Positions 27,411 to 35,434 of a stretch of 64,000 nucleotides of DNA are shown here, piece by piece. Source of the DNA: Candidatus Saccharimonadota bacterium (GTDB lineage Bacteria; Patescibacteriota; Saccharimonadia; Saccharimonadales; UBA10212); assembly GCA_013815775.1 (NCBI GenBank), contig JACDFN010000001.1:45883-109882 (forward strand), read 5' to 3'. The notes beneath the pieces are model-generated. The model was not told where the DNA came from, ran no database searches, and saw only the letters and a program-made list of their open reading frames with translations. Position 1 is the stretch's first letter; every line of letters starts with the position of its first letter. The position numbers and the translations under genes were made by a program.

Positions 27411-27447
27411 AGCTCGGTGGTGGTTGATGAATAACCACCACCGAGCT
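27411..27447. terminator. Strong stem-loop between the kinase-operon promoter region and the PH-domain gene
   Basis: AGCTCGGTGGTGGTT-gatgaat-AACCACCACCGAGCT, a 15-bp perfect stem. It lies 37 nt downstream of the 27484 stop (minus strand). Confidence 0.6.
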
Positions 27448-27483
27448 TGCACGTCTTACCTCAATCTTTACTCGTGCCTGCCG

Positions 27484-28341
27484 TCAGCCGTGACCCCTAG
27501 TCGATGAACTTCTGTCACTGCAGAGGAGATGCACCCGTCTTGGCTTTTTGTCTGCCGTTTCACTAGGGGAGTTTGGCACTACCTTCTTCACCATGTCTCG
27601 ACAATCTCGAAGAACCTGACCAAAATCGGTATGACCGGGGATTAGACGGATGTCGTTGACCTTCTCGTCCTCCTGTCCCTGCATGTTGGTTCCAACACGG
27701 ACATTACCGAACCCCAGAATTCTGCCAACGAGAGAGCTTTTGTCCTCGACGGACTTTGCTTCTTCGTGAGGCAGCGGAAAGAAGTCCTCGTCTTTCCAGA
27801 TAACAAGGGCCGGCGGGAGAGTGAGGAGTATGAGGCTTTTGTTGGTGATGATTCGGTAGTGACACCACCAACCGAGCCATGCATACCAGGCCGCGAACAG
27901 TAGAAAAAGCCCTACCACCAATGGTGCTACCCATATGTAATTTAGGGTAACTGGCCTGGCGGGCACTGTGTTGTAGGCGGGAATGGTGAAGTGGACCGAT
28001 TGGTAGATACCGGCAACCACAAAGCAAGCCACAACCGGCAGTAGCAGTAAGACAACCGGAATGAGGACCACCCAGTGCTGACGCCTAATCCGTAGAACCT
28101 TGTCTTCACCGCGTGCGAACTTATGGCGCACAAGGCCAAAGCGTCTAGTTGAAATTCCCGGATTGGGATCGAGCAGTTGGATACTCATCTGGTGCGGTTG
28201 GATGGTACGGCCTTGGTTTACCCTCCTGACAGCTAGCCAATACGGACCAGCAGTCAGACAAAAGAGTACGACGGCAGCTAGAATAACCCAGCCCATGATT
28301 GACATTTCTGCTCCTTCTGTTGGTCGGCACTTGTTTAACAA
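27484..28341 (-). CDS. Membrane protein with a bacterial PH (YdbS/YdbT-like) domain
   Basis: TM pairs flank RRQHWVVLIPVVLLLL and a C-terminal soluble segment. GC-rich codon usage. The family call comes from the overall pattern only. Confidence 0.45.
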   Translation of the reverse strand: MLNKCRPTEGAEMSIMGWVILAAVVLFCLTAGPYWLAVRRVNQGRTIQPHQMSIQLLDPNPGISTRRFGLVRHKFARGEDKVLRIRRQHWVVLIPVVLLLLPVVACFVVAGIYQSVHFTIPAYNTVPARPVTLNYIWVAPLVVGLFLLFAAWYAWLGWWCHYRIITNKSLILLTLPPALVIWKDEDFFPLPHEEAKSVEDKSSLVGRILGFGNVRVGTNMQGQEDEKVNDIRLIPGHTDFGQVLRDCRDMVKKVVPNSPSETADKKPRRVHLLCSDRSSSTRGHG

Positions 28342-28922
28342 GCTACCTAAGAATTTTTTTGTCTAGCAGTTTAAACAAACCAGGCGCGAACATTAAAAGA
28401 CGTACGGTCTCGATGGGTGTAGCCCAGAGACATAAGGCTATTTATACCCTTTCTAGAAAAAATAGCAACAATATCCTCTTCATTAACTTAAGCTCTATAA
28501 TAATTAAATAACAGAGGAAGTGCTATTATGATTAACCTTGACTTTTATCTTAAAAAATACTAGAGTTACCTTTAAAGACGTGGAAGTTGTGTATCTGTTT
28601 AATATTAAGAGGGTTTCTTTTCAGTTCATTGTTCGATTTTTGTACTGACCACCCCAGCTGAAGTAGCAGTATAGAAACCGGATAAAGAATATCCGGGCCT
28701 GCGGCTCGCTCAAATTATCTATCAAGAAAGGAGAGCTAGTAGCCTGCAGGGCTTAATGCACCTTTACAAATAGTTGTACTCTATTCAAATTTATACAAAA
28801 ACCACTCGAGGAGAAGCCTAGATAGCTAGGGGCGCAGAGGTGATTAATCTTAATCGCCTGCCCGTCTCTAGTTATCGAACCTGTCTAAAGAGGCAGGGCC
28901 ACAACAGCACGAAAAGAGAGAG

Positions 28923-30059
28923 GTGGTGTACGTGGAGAGTGGCGACGATCTACCGATCGGACCCCCGACCAGAGGGGGACGTGCAATCGCTGAAGCTGAA
29001 CCCGATGGTCGACAAGACCACACGGGGACTGAGGCGGCTCTGAATTCGCATGCCCCAACGCCAGTTCAAGAAGTGGCGCATCCGCAGCCCGAGAAAAGTG
29101 GTCCTAAAAAACCACGACGCAGCCGGCTGCAAGACGCCCCAACTGCTCGTCAGCAGACAACGGGTCCGCGACCGCAGTACGGCGTCCACGGCGTCATCTG
29201 GAAGCTGGGTGGAGCCTGGCTCTATTCTCGCTTCGGCTGGAAATGGCTGATCAGGCTGTCGCTACGCGACCGCTTCGAGAACGCCATGGAGTCACTCTGG
29301 GATCTGAGGAAGACTCAGATGGTCATCGCGACTGTGAACAGCAAGGGTGGCTCGGGTAAAACCACGGCCACCGTCTGGCTCAGCGCGTTCTTGGCTTTCG
29401 TACTCAAGCGCCAGATCGTGGCGTTTGACGTCAACGAAAGTCCGGGGCACACAGCCAAGCGGTTGGGTGTTGACCGCGAAGAAACGATTCAGCTACGTGA
29501 GTTTCTGAGTCGTCGCAACAGCCTGAGGCATTACGACAGCTTTGCGAAAGTCGTTGCCTCTCACCGTCAAACCGGTGTTTCCGTTATCGCGTCGGAAGAA
29601 GCGTCCATCGAAAGTCTCCATCAGGAGGACTTCGAGGAAGCTCTCTATATCGCTAAGCGGAACGCTCACTCAGTGTTCTGTGATTGCGGAAACGTCATCG
29701 ACGGACCAACCAACTACGGAGCGGTCAAGAAGGCCGACGTCGTTGTCTTTACTGGCATTGCCGGGTTCGATGATTCACTCGACGACATCAGCAACACGAT
29801 GAAACGCTACACCGACCTCGGCTATGCCGAAAAGGTGAAGAGCGGTATTGTCGTGATCTTTGGTGCATACAATCGAAATCGAGGTGAGTTCGCAGCACGC
29901 TACGGTCTACCAATCGGCCGCGTCTTCGTCGTGCCGTTCAACAAGTACATGGCGAGGAACAACCCTGTTCTCCTCGACATGATTCCTCGGCAGGTGCAAG
30001 TAGTCCTGCTCGAGATCTTGGTGGCCATCGCCAAGGCCGCCCAAGCCCCTGAGACGTAG
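28923..30059 (+). CDS. MinD/ParA-family P-loop ATPase with a long disordered N-terminus
   Basis: Deviant Walker A in MVIATVNSKGGSGKTTATVW. GTG start with GAGAGAGG upstream. Confidence 0.75.
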   Translation: MVYVESGDDLPIGPPTRGGRAIAEAEPDGRQDHTGTEAALNSHAPTPVQEVAHPQPEKSGPKKPRRSRLQDAPTARQQTTGPRPQYGVHGVIWKLGGAWLYSRFGWKWLIRLSLRDRFENAMESLWDLRKTQMVIATVNSKGGSGKTTATVWLSAFLAFVLKRQIVAFDVNESPGHTAKRLGVDREETIQLREFLSRRNSLRHYDSFAKVVASHRQTGVSVIASEEASIESLHQEDFEEALYIAKRNAHSVFCDCGNVIDGPTNYGAVKKADVVVFTGIAGFDDSLDDISNTMKRYTDLGYAEKVKSGIVVIFGAYNRNRGEFAARYGLPIGRVFVVPFNKYMARNNPVLLDMIPRQVQVVLLEILVAIAKAAQAPET

Positions 30060-30111
30060 GGATGCAAAGGGAGCAAAGCAAGTCCACCGCCAACACAATC
30101 CGTCAGGAGAG

Positions 30112-30408
30112 ATGATGTTTGCAGTTCTCACACTGGTCGCCCAGCAGGCGCCAGATGTAGGGCCCGTGCTGAACTTCCCAGGATCGGAGTGGGTGATCAA
30201 CATCCTCAACGTCCTTCTGGGAATCATCGCGTTCGCCCTGATCGCGATCTTCTTCGTCGGCCTCTTCAAGCTGATCGGCAGCCTGGGGGGGAAGCGCGAG
30301 GGTGCTACCAGCGCCGCTGGCATTCAGATGATCGCATCTGTTGTCGGCCTGCTTGCCGTCTTCGCCGGTGGAGCGTTTCTCAACCGCTGGGTCGACTTCA
30401 TCGGCTAA
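30112..30408 (+). CDS. Small two-TM protein, VirB2/TrbC pilin-like (context-based call)
   Basis: 98 aa: signal-like N-terminus, two hydrophobic helices (VINILNVLLGIIAFALIAIFFVGLF and IASVVGLLAVFAGGAF). It is the first gene after parA-like and is followed by a stem-loop. Confidence 0.4.
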   Translation: MMFAVLTLVAQQAPDVGPVLNFPGSEWVINILNVLLGIIAFALIAIFFVGLFKLIGSLGGKREGATSAAGIQMIASVVGLLAVFAGGAFLNRWVDFIG

Positions 30409-30428
30409 CGCGCAGAACCAATGGAAAC

Positions 30429-30460
30429 AGAGGTAGGTCACAATTCCGTGGCCTACCTCT
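30429..30460 (+). promoter_or_regulatory. Intercistronic stem-loop after the pilin-like gene
   Basis: AGAGGTAGGTCAC-aattcc-GTGGCCTACCTCT (13-bp stem, one mismatch), with no T-run. Confidence 0.5.
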
Positions 30461-30481
30461 TGTCGTCAGAGGAGAGTTCAC

Positions 30482-31204
30482 ATGCCCAGGAAGATCTTCA
30501 CGTTCTTGGTGCTGGTCGGCCTGGTGGTAGTTGCTGTCCTGATTATCGGGAGCTACACACAACCACAGCCGAATAGCGCAACTGCGCCAAATACCGCAAC
30601 CCCAAGCATCGCCCAGGCACCGCAAAGAACTGTTCCAGCTCCACAGACACCAAAGCCGCCTACAGCGTCCAAGGCCAGCAAGAAACTGAAGAAACCACTG
30701 GTCAAAGATGCGATTACGGCGGCCGCAACGGCAACCAGCAACCTGTCCGTTGCCCAGTTCCTGCCACGTGAGCAGATGCTGCAAATCGTGAAAGGCTGGG
30801 TCATCCCGAAGGAGCGTTTGTTCGTAGCGCAGAACTATGTCCAATCGGGGCCGAAGGTTGCACAACTCTTGGGCTACCAGAGCCCAGAGGAAGCCAGAGT
30901 CCGAGCCGGCTACTACGTCAGCCCGCAGAAGTACCGCGTGGTTGACTTTGGAGGTGGAAAAGCGACGGTAATGCTCTACACCATTTCGCACTGGGTCACT
31001 TCCCTGAACGACGAATATCGGGCTCCCGGTATCACCGTTATTCAGGTGAAATGGCTACGTGGCAAGTGGCTGTACGTTCGTTCGTACAATCCGCCCATCT
31101 CTCAGGTACCGACACCTCAAGTCAACCTGACCTTCGATGAGACTGTGCGGCAGTTTCAGCCCTACCTAAAGGAGTTCAAGGACTATGCGAACCCCACTAA
31201 ATAG
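30482..31204 (+). CDS. Bitopic membrane protein, possible VirB8/TcpC-like component (context-based call)
   Basis: N-terminal TM helix (IFTFLVLVGLVVVAVLIIG), a Pro/Ala-rich linker, and a globular C-terminal domain of about 140 aa. Confidence 0.35.
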   Translation: MPRKIFTFLVLVGLVVVAVLIIGSYTQPQPNSATAPNTATPSIAQAPQRTVPAPQTPKPPTASKASKKLKKPLVKDAITAAATATSNLSVAQFLPREQMLQIVKGWVIPKERLFVAQNYVQSGPKVAQLLGYQSPEEARVRAGYYVSPQKYRVVDFGGGKATVMLYTISHWVTSLNDEYRAPGITVIQVKWLRGKWLYVRSYNPPISQVPTPQVNLTFDETVRQFQPYLKEFKDYANPTK

Positions 31205-32276
31205 GCTGGCGTGGCTGCCGCTCGTTTTCCTCTGTGTGACGACCATCACGGCCTCCCGGTCGATGGTCGCACCCGAGGAAGCAAAAGCGGCCTCCAACGT
31301 TCCGCCCGAATCGTGCGCTTCAATCCCAGACCCGATGATGCGCAAGTTCTGCGAGGCACCGCCTGCGCAGTTCATTCCCGGGATTCCTAATCCGGTCGAC
31401 CTGGTAACCGGCGCAGTCTCAGCAGCAGCCGGCGCCATTGTCGAGCCAATCTTCAACCAGATCGTTCAGGCTGAAGCCAAGGCTGTCCTTTCAGTTCTGA
31501 ACGAAGAGGTCGAGTTCGTGAATTCCAATTCCACTCCAGTCCTGACGTCTATCTGGTTCACAGGGCTGTACAAAATTGTCTTCGGCTTAGCCGTGTTCCT
31601 GGCTATCGGCCTGTTCTGGGTCCGCTTTACCGAGGGGGCCAAGAACCAGGATGTCGAAGACATGGGAAACACCGGGCTGGCGATTCTGCTCTTCTTCCTA
31701 CTGGGAGCAACAATGCCCGGGATCGTTGGGGGGCTAGTGGAAGGCTTCGACAATAAAATCGCCCCGGCGTGGATGAACGTCGCCGGCGAGAATGCCACCG
31801 CCACCCTAAAAGGGTTGGAGACCGATTTCAACGAAGAACTCTCGGCCAGCAACAATCCCATCGTGCCGATTGTCTTGCCGCTGATCTACCTGTTTTTCGG
31901 GGTAATCGGCGGTATCGTCCTCCAGATCATGCTGTTGTTCCGCGAAGGCATGCTCTACGTCGTAACAGCGGCGGAGGTCATCGCAATCGCGGGTTGGGTC
32001 GGTGGACGGTGGGGCATCAACATGCTGGAGAGGACCTCTATGGCGCTAATTGCCTTGATTCTCTTCAAGTGCATCGTGTCCTTCATCTTGGTCGTCGGCC
32101 TTGCGCTGATGAACGCCAAGGAAGGTGCCTCTCCCATCTTGCTAGGGACGGTGACTCTACTGAGCGTCCCGATTCTGAGCTTGATGGCGTACAAGCGGAT
32201 CTCCGGCCACGACATCGAGGTTAGCCGTGGGGTCAAGTCGTCGCTTGGCTACTTGAACATGCTGCGACGAAGCTAG
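31185..32276 (+). CDS. Polytopic membrane protein, VirB6/TrbL-like (context-based call)
   Basis: Signal peptide plus at least 6 TM helices, 363 aa. It overlaps the upstream gene by 20 nt. Confidence 0.45.
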   Translation: MRTPLNRLAWLPLVFLCVTTITASRSMVAPEEAKAASNVPPESCASIPDPMMRKFCEAPPAQFIPGIPNPVDLVTGAVSAAAGAIVEPIFNQIVQAEAKAVLSVLNEEVEFVNSNSTPVLTSIWFTGLYKIVFGLAVFLAIGLFWVRFTEGAKNQDVEDMGNTGLAILLFFLLGATMPGIVGGLVEGFDNKIAPAWMNVAGENATATLKGLETDFNEELSASNNPIVPIVLPLIYLFFGVIGGIVLQIMLLFREGMLYVVTAAEVIAIAGWVGGRWGINMLERTSMALIALILFKCIVSFILVVGLALMNAKEGASPILLGTVTLLSVPILSLMAYKRISGHDIEVSRGVKSSLGYLNMLRRS

Positions 32277-32357
32277 GACAGTCCATGTGCGGGAGCAGCG
32301 GAACTCTATGCTGCTCCCGCTACCGCAGGGTCGTGCAATTCGACGAAAGGAGACAAT

Positions 32358-33935
32358 GTGGCGCCTGGGGATAACCAGCTGCTACTAGTCCCAAAGGAGA
32401 AGCCGATCCAGGCGGGCCCCTTCAAGATCAACTACAAGGGGTTCTGGATCGTCCTACTCTGCTTCATTTCCTTCTGTGCCGTCTTCGTTTCGGCTGCAGC
32501 TGGTGTGGTCCTCTACGGGCTTGCATTCACCGGCCTGGCTGTAGTTTTCTTCTTTCTTCTCATCGGCATCCAGCCGTTCGAGAGATTGCAGACGACGGCG
32601 CTTGCCAAGTCGTTCAGGGTCGGTAATCACCGAACCAGAAATCAGCTAGGGCATCACCGCCACTCCTCTATTCAGCCAGAGGTTGGCGAAGTGTTCGGTC
32701 TGGAGATGGGCAAGGGCAAGAGGCCCAAGCCCATCAAGCGGATCGGTCGGGTGGACTTCATCCCGTACGACACAGCCAACGCCAAAGGCGTACTGGGGGT
32801 GGCGTTCGACCACCGCTTCAACACCTACTCGGCGACTCTCCAAGCGAATTTTTCGTCGATGATTGGTGCTAGCAAAGCAACCAGGAGAGAACGGCTAGGG
32901 GGCTATGCCAACCTCTTGGACACCATGGCTGAAGTTGGGAGTATGGTCGACCGCTTCAGTTGGAGCGACCAGACTCTCATCGGTGAGAAGCAGTCTCCGG
33001 AGCAAATTGTGGAGGCCATCCGCAGTGGCGCCGGCTTGACTCGCGAGCATCCTCCCAATCAAGAAGTTCTACTTCAGCGGACTGAGCAGATGGGAGAGAA
33101 CTCAGTCATCCACCGAACGTCAATGACCCTGACGATCCGAGCCCCCGCCGTCAAGCGTGAGGCCAGGATCCTGGGCGGGGTAGAAGAGGTCTTGGTGCAA
33201 CAAGCTAAGGCCTTCTATGCCTCGGCGACGGGAAGAGGAGTAGGGCATAGCCCTATCGGACTGAAGTCGGCCAGCTTCCTTGACTACAACCAACTGGTCT
33301 TGGAAAACCGACTGAGACTCGATCCGGTCTTTGCTCAGTCGGTTTGGCAGGAATGGGTTGGCCTAGAAGACACGCAAACTCTGCTGAGCGAGCAAATCGC
33401 TTGGCCCGGTTACGCTGACTTCGAACCGACCGATCACTGCAAGCTAGGGCAAACCGTCCATATGGGCTTCTACATCGCGGAGTTCACGCGGACGGGAATG
33501 CAACCCGATTTGTTCTGGGAAATCCTCAAAGTCCCAGTTCCGAAGACAGTTACGACCGTCTTCGACATGCTGCCTCCGGCCTTGGCCAGGCGGCACGCAG
33601 AATGGAGTACAACTGGAGCTACCAACGTCGTTGTGGAACGTGCGGCAAAATCCCGGCGTGTTACTGCCACTCAGCACAGAGCTGCTGAAGTTGCAGACGC
33701 ACACGAGTGGGAACTAGCCGCCCATCAGGGTCAAGTAGGCAGGATTCGGTGTTACATCGACCTGACCGGCGAGACACTGGACGAGGTACGCTCCAACGCT
33801 GCACAGATGCGCAATGCCTGGGCGGATGCCAGATTTCTGGTTGAACCGCTCGAGGGCAGACAGCATTTAGGAATTCACGCAGTTTTGCCGACTGGGAGGG
33901 GTCTCGTGACCCTGCCCTTCGACAACTGGCTGTGA
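32358..33935 (+). CDS. Membrane-anchored protein, candidate VirB3-like/VirB4 N-terminal-domain protein
   Basis: Two N-terminal TM helices followed by a soluble region of about 430 aa with no P-loop. It sits immediately upstream of the ATPase-domain gene. GTG start with an AAGGAG Shine-Dalgarno sequence. Confidence 0.4.
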   Translation: MAPGDNQLLLVPKEKPIQAGPFKINYKGFWIVLLCFISFCAVFVSAAAGVVLYGLAFTGLAVVFFFLLIGIQPFERLQTTALAKSFRVGNHRTRNQLGHHRHSSIQPEVGEVFGLEMGKGKRPKPIKRIGRVDFIPYDTANAKGVLGVAFDHRFNTYSATLQANFSSMIGASKATRRERLGGYANLLDTMAEVGSMVDRFSWSDQTLIGEKQSPEQIVEAIRSGAGLTREHPPNQEVLLQRTEQMGENSVIHRTSMTLTIRAPAVKREARILGGVEEVLVQQAKAFYASATGRGVGHSPIGLKSASFLDYNQLVLENRLRLDPVFAQSVWQEWVGLEDTQTLLSEQIAWPGYADFEPTDHCKLGQTVHMGFYIAEFTRTGMQPDLFWEILKVPVPKTVTTVFDMLPPALARRHAEWSTTGATNVVVERAAKSRRVTATQHRAAEVADAHEWELAAHQGQVGRIRCYIDLTGETLDEVRSNAAQMRNAWADARFLVEPLEGRQHLGIHAVLPTGRGLVTLPFDNWL

Positions 33936-33946
33936 GAAAAGGTGTG

Positions 33947-33979
33947 CTCGTCGGCGGAGGATTTTTCTCCGCCGACGAG
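33947..33979 (+). promoter_or_regulatory. Perfect 13-bp stem-loop between the two VirB4-like halves
   Basis: CTCGTCGGCGGAG-gattttt-CTCCGCCGACGAG. A second hairpin, CAACAAGC-taaa-GCTTGTTG, lies close downstream. Confidence 0.6.
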
Positions 33980-34076
33980 TCTCCGTCAACAGCAACAAGC
34001 TAAAGCTTGTTGCCTTAAACGGGGATAGGACAACTAAGTTCACCCTGGAACCTAAACAATTCGAAAAAAGGACAAG

Positions 34077-35405
34077 GTGATTACCGTGCCTGTTGAGGAT
34101 GTTCTAGAAATACTTGCAGGCGACCGCCTGCCTTTTCACCGTGCAACCTCTCATCACTTGAGCGGAATCCATCCGTTTTTCGCCGAAAGCGGCCTTATCG
34201 ACAGCCGTACACACAAGAAGGCGCTTGGGATTCCGTATGGCTATTGCGGGCGAGAGCGTTCTGGCGGACTTTTCGACTTCGACGAGTACTCGCTTTACCA
34301 AGCGGGTTTACTCCACAATCCCAACGTTAAGGTTTTCGGCGAGATTGACCACCGCAAGTCGACCGGAGTCAAGTGCATGATCTTTCGCGGGGCAGCCATG
34401 GGGTACAATCACCTCGTTACCGACCGCAAAGGCGAGTACACGCCGCTTGCTGAAGCTATTCCAGGCAGCAAGGTCTTGAAGTTCGGTGAAGACACAAATC
34501 TCTTCATCAGTCCGGTGGACAAGAGCATGGACACGATCACCCAACGCGATTTGATCGCATCGATGGTTATCACGGCCATGGGGGGTGATCGCAAGAACCT
34601 CAACATCCGTGAGACCTCACTGCTGTGGGAAGCAATCAAAGCCGCCCATGAGCACTTCGGTATGGGAAGCGGAGGAGTAGCGACTCTACCCGTAGTGGTA
34701 GAGAAGTTGTTCAACCCAACCCAAGACATGGCTGACGCCATGAGCCGGCCTCCCAAGTATCTAAAGGAGCTGGGCTACGACATGGCTCTTGGTCTGCGCC
34801 GGTTGACAGAGACTGACCTGAAGGGCATGTTCCACAAGGAGACCACGACAGGTCTCTTCGAGGATACGCCCCTGCTTGTCATGAACTGCGAAGGTGTTAC
34901 CGGAGAAGCTGCAGTGATCATGATCACCCTCATCAACTTCTTCACTCAAAGCCAGTGGGGGAGGGCAGACGCCCGCTACCGCTTCCATAAGGTTATCCAC
35001 GACGAGTCGTGGGACCTGGCGGCCTACCCTGGCTTTGTTGAGTCGGTGCGGAGGGCTTTCAAGCTCGGACGAACCTGGGGTGTGGCTAACTGGATTGTTG
35101 CCCACCACATGAGTAATCTCTATCGGTCGGGTAAAGATGAAGCCATCAAAGATCTGGTGGCTGACTCTGACACCACCATCAGCTACAAGCAACACGCGCC
35201 AGAGCTGGTGCATAGCGCCGAGGAGCTGGAATTCAACGAGACTGAGGTGGCCCGGATCACTGAGCTGGAACCCGGACGAGCCATCTACAAGATCGGTAAT
35301 CAGCCGGGTATCGAAGTCGAACAGCAGGTTTGGCCAGAAGAACGCCCGCTGGTGGAGACAAGTCACCTGATGCATGGGAAGACTGAGTTGGCCAAGGCAA
35401 GCTGA
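34077..35405 (+). CDS. VirB4/TraE-type secretion ATPase domain protein with a degenerate Walker A
   Basis: VFGEIDHRKSTG sits where GxxGxGKS/T is expected. LVTDRKGEY matches the DxKGEY block. FHKVIHDESWDL is the hhhhDE Walker B (DEAW-like). Confidence 0.6.
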   Translation: MITVPVEDVLEILAGDRLPFHRATSHHLSGIHPFFAESGLIDSRTHKKALGIPYGYCGRERSGGLFDFDEYSLYQAGLLHNPNVKVFGEIDHRKSTGVKCMIFRGAAMGYNHLVTDRKGEYTPLAEAIPGSKVLKFGEDTNLFISPVDKSMDTITQRDLIASMVITAMGGDRKNLNIRETSLLWEAIKAAHEHFGMGSGGVATLPVVVEKLFNPTQDMADAMSRPPKYLKELGYDMALGLRRLTETDLKGMFHKETTTGLFEDTPLLVMNCEGVTGEAAVIMITLINFFTQSQWGRADARYRFHKVIHDESWDLAAYPGFVESVRRAFKLGRTWGVANWIVAHHMSNLYRSGKDEAIKDLVADSDTTISYKQHAPELVHSAEELEFNETEVARITELEPGRAIYKIGNQPGIEVEQQVWPEERPLVETSHLMHGKTELAKAS

Positions 35406-35434
35406 TACAGAAGCCAAGAGAGAGGGGGGTAGCA

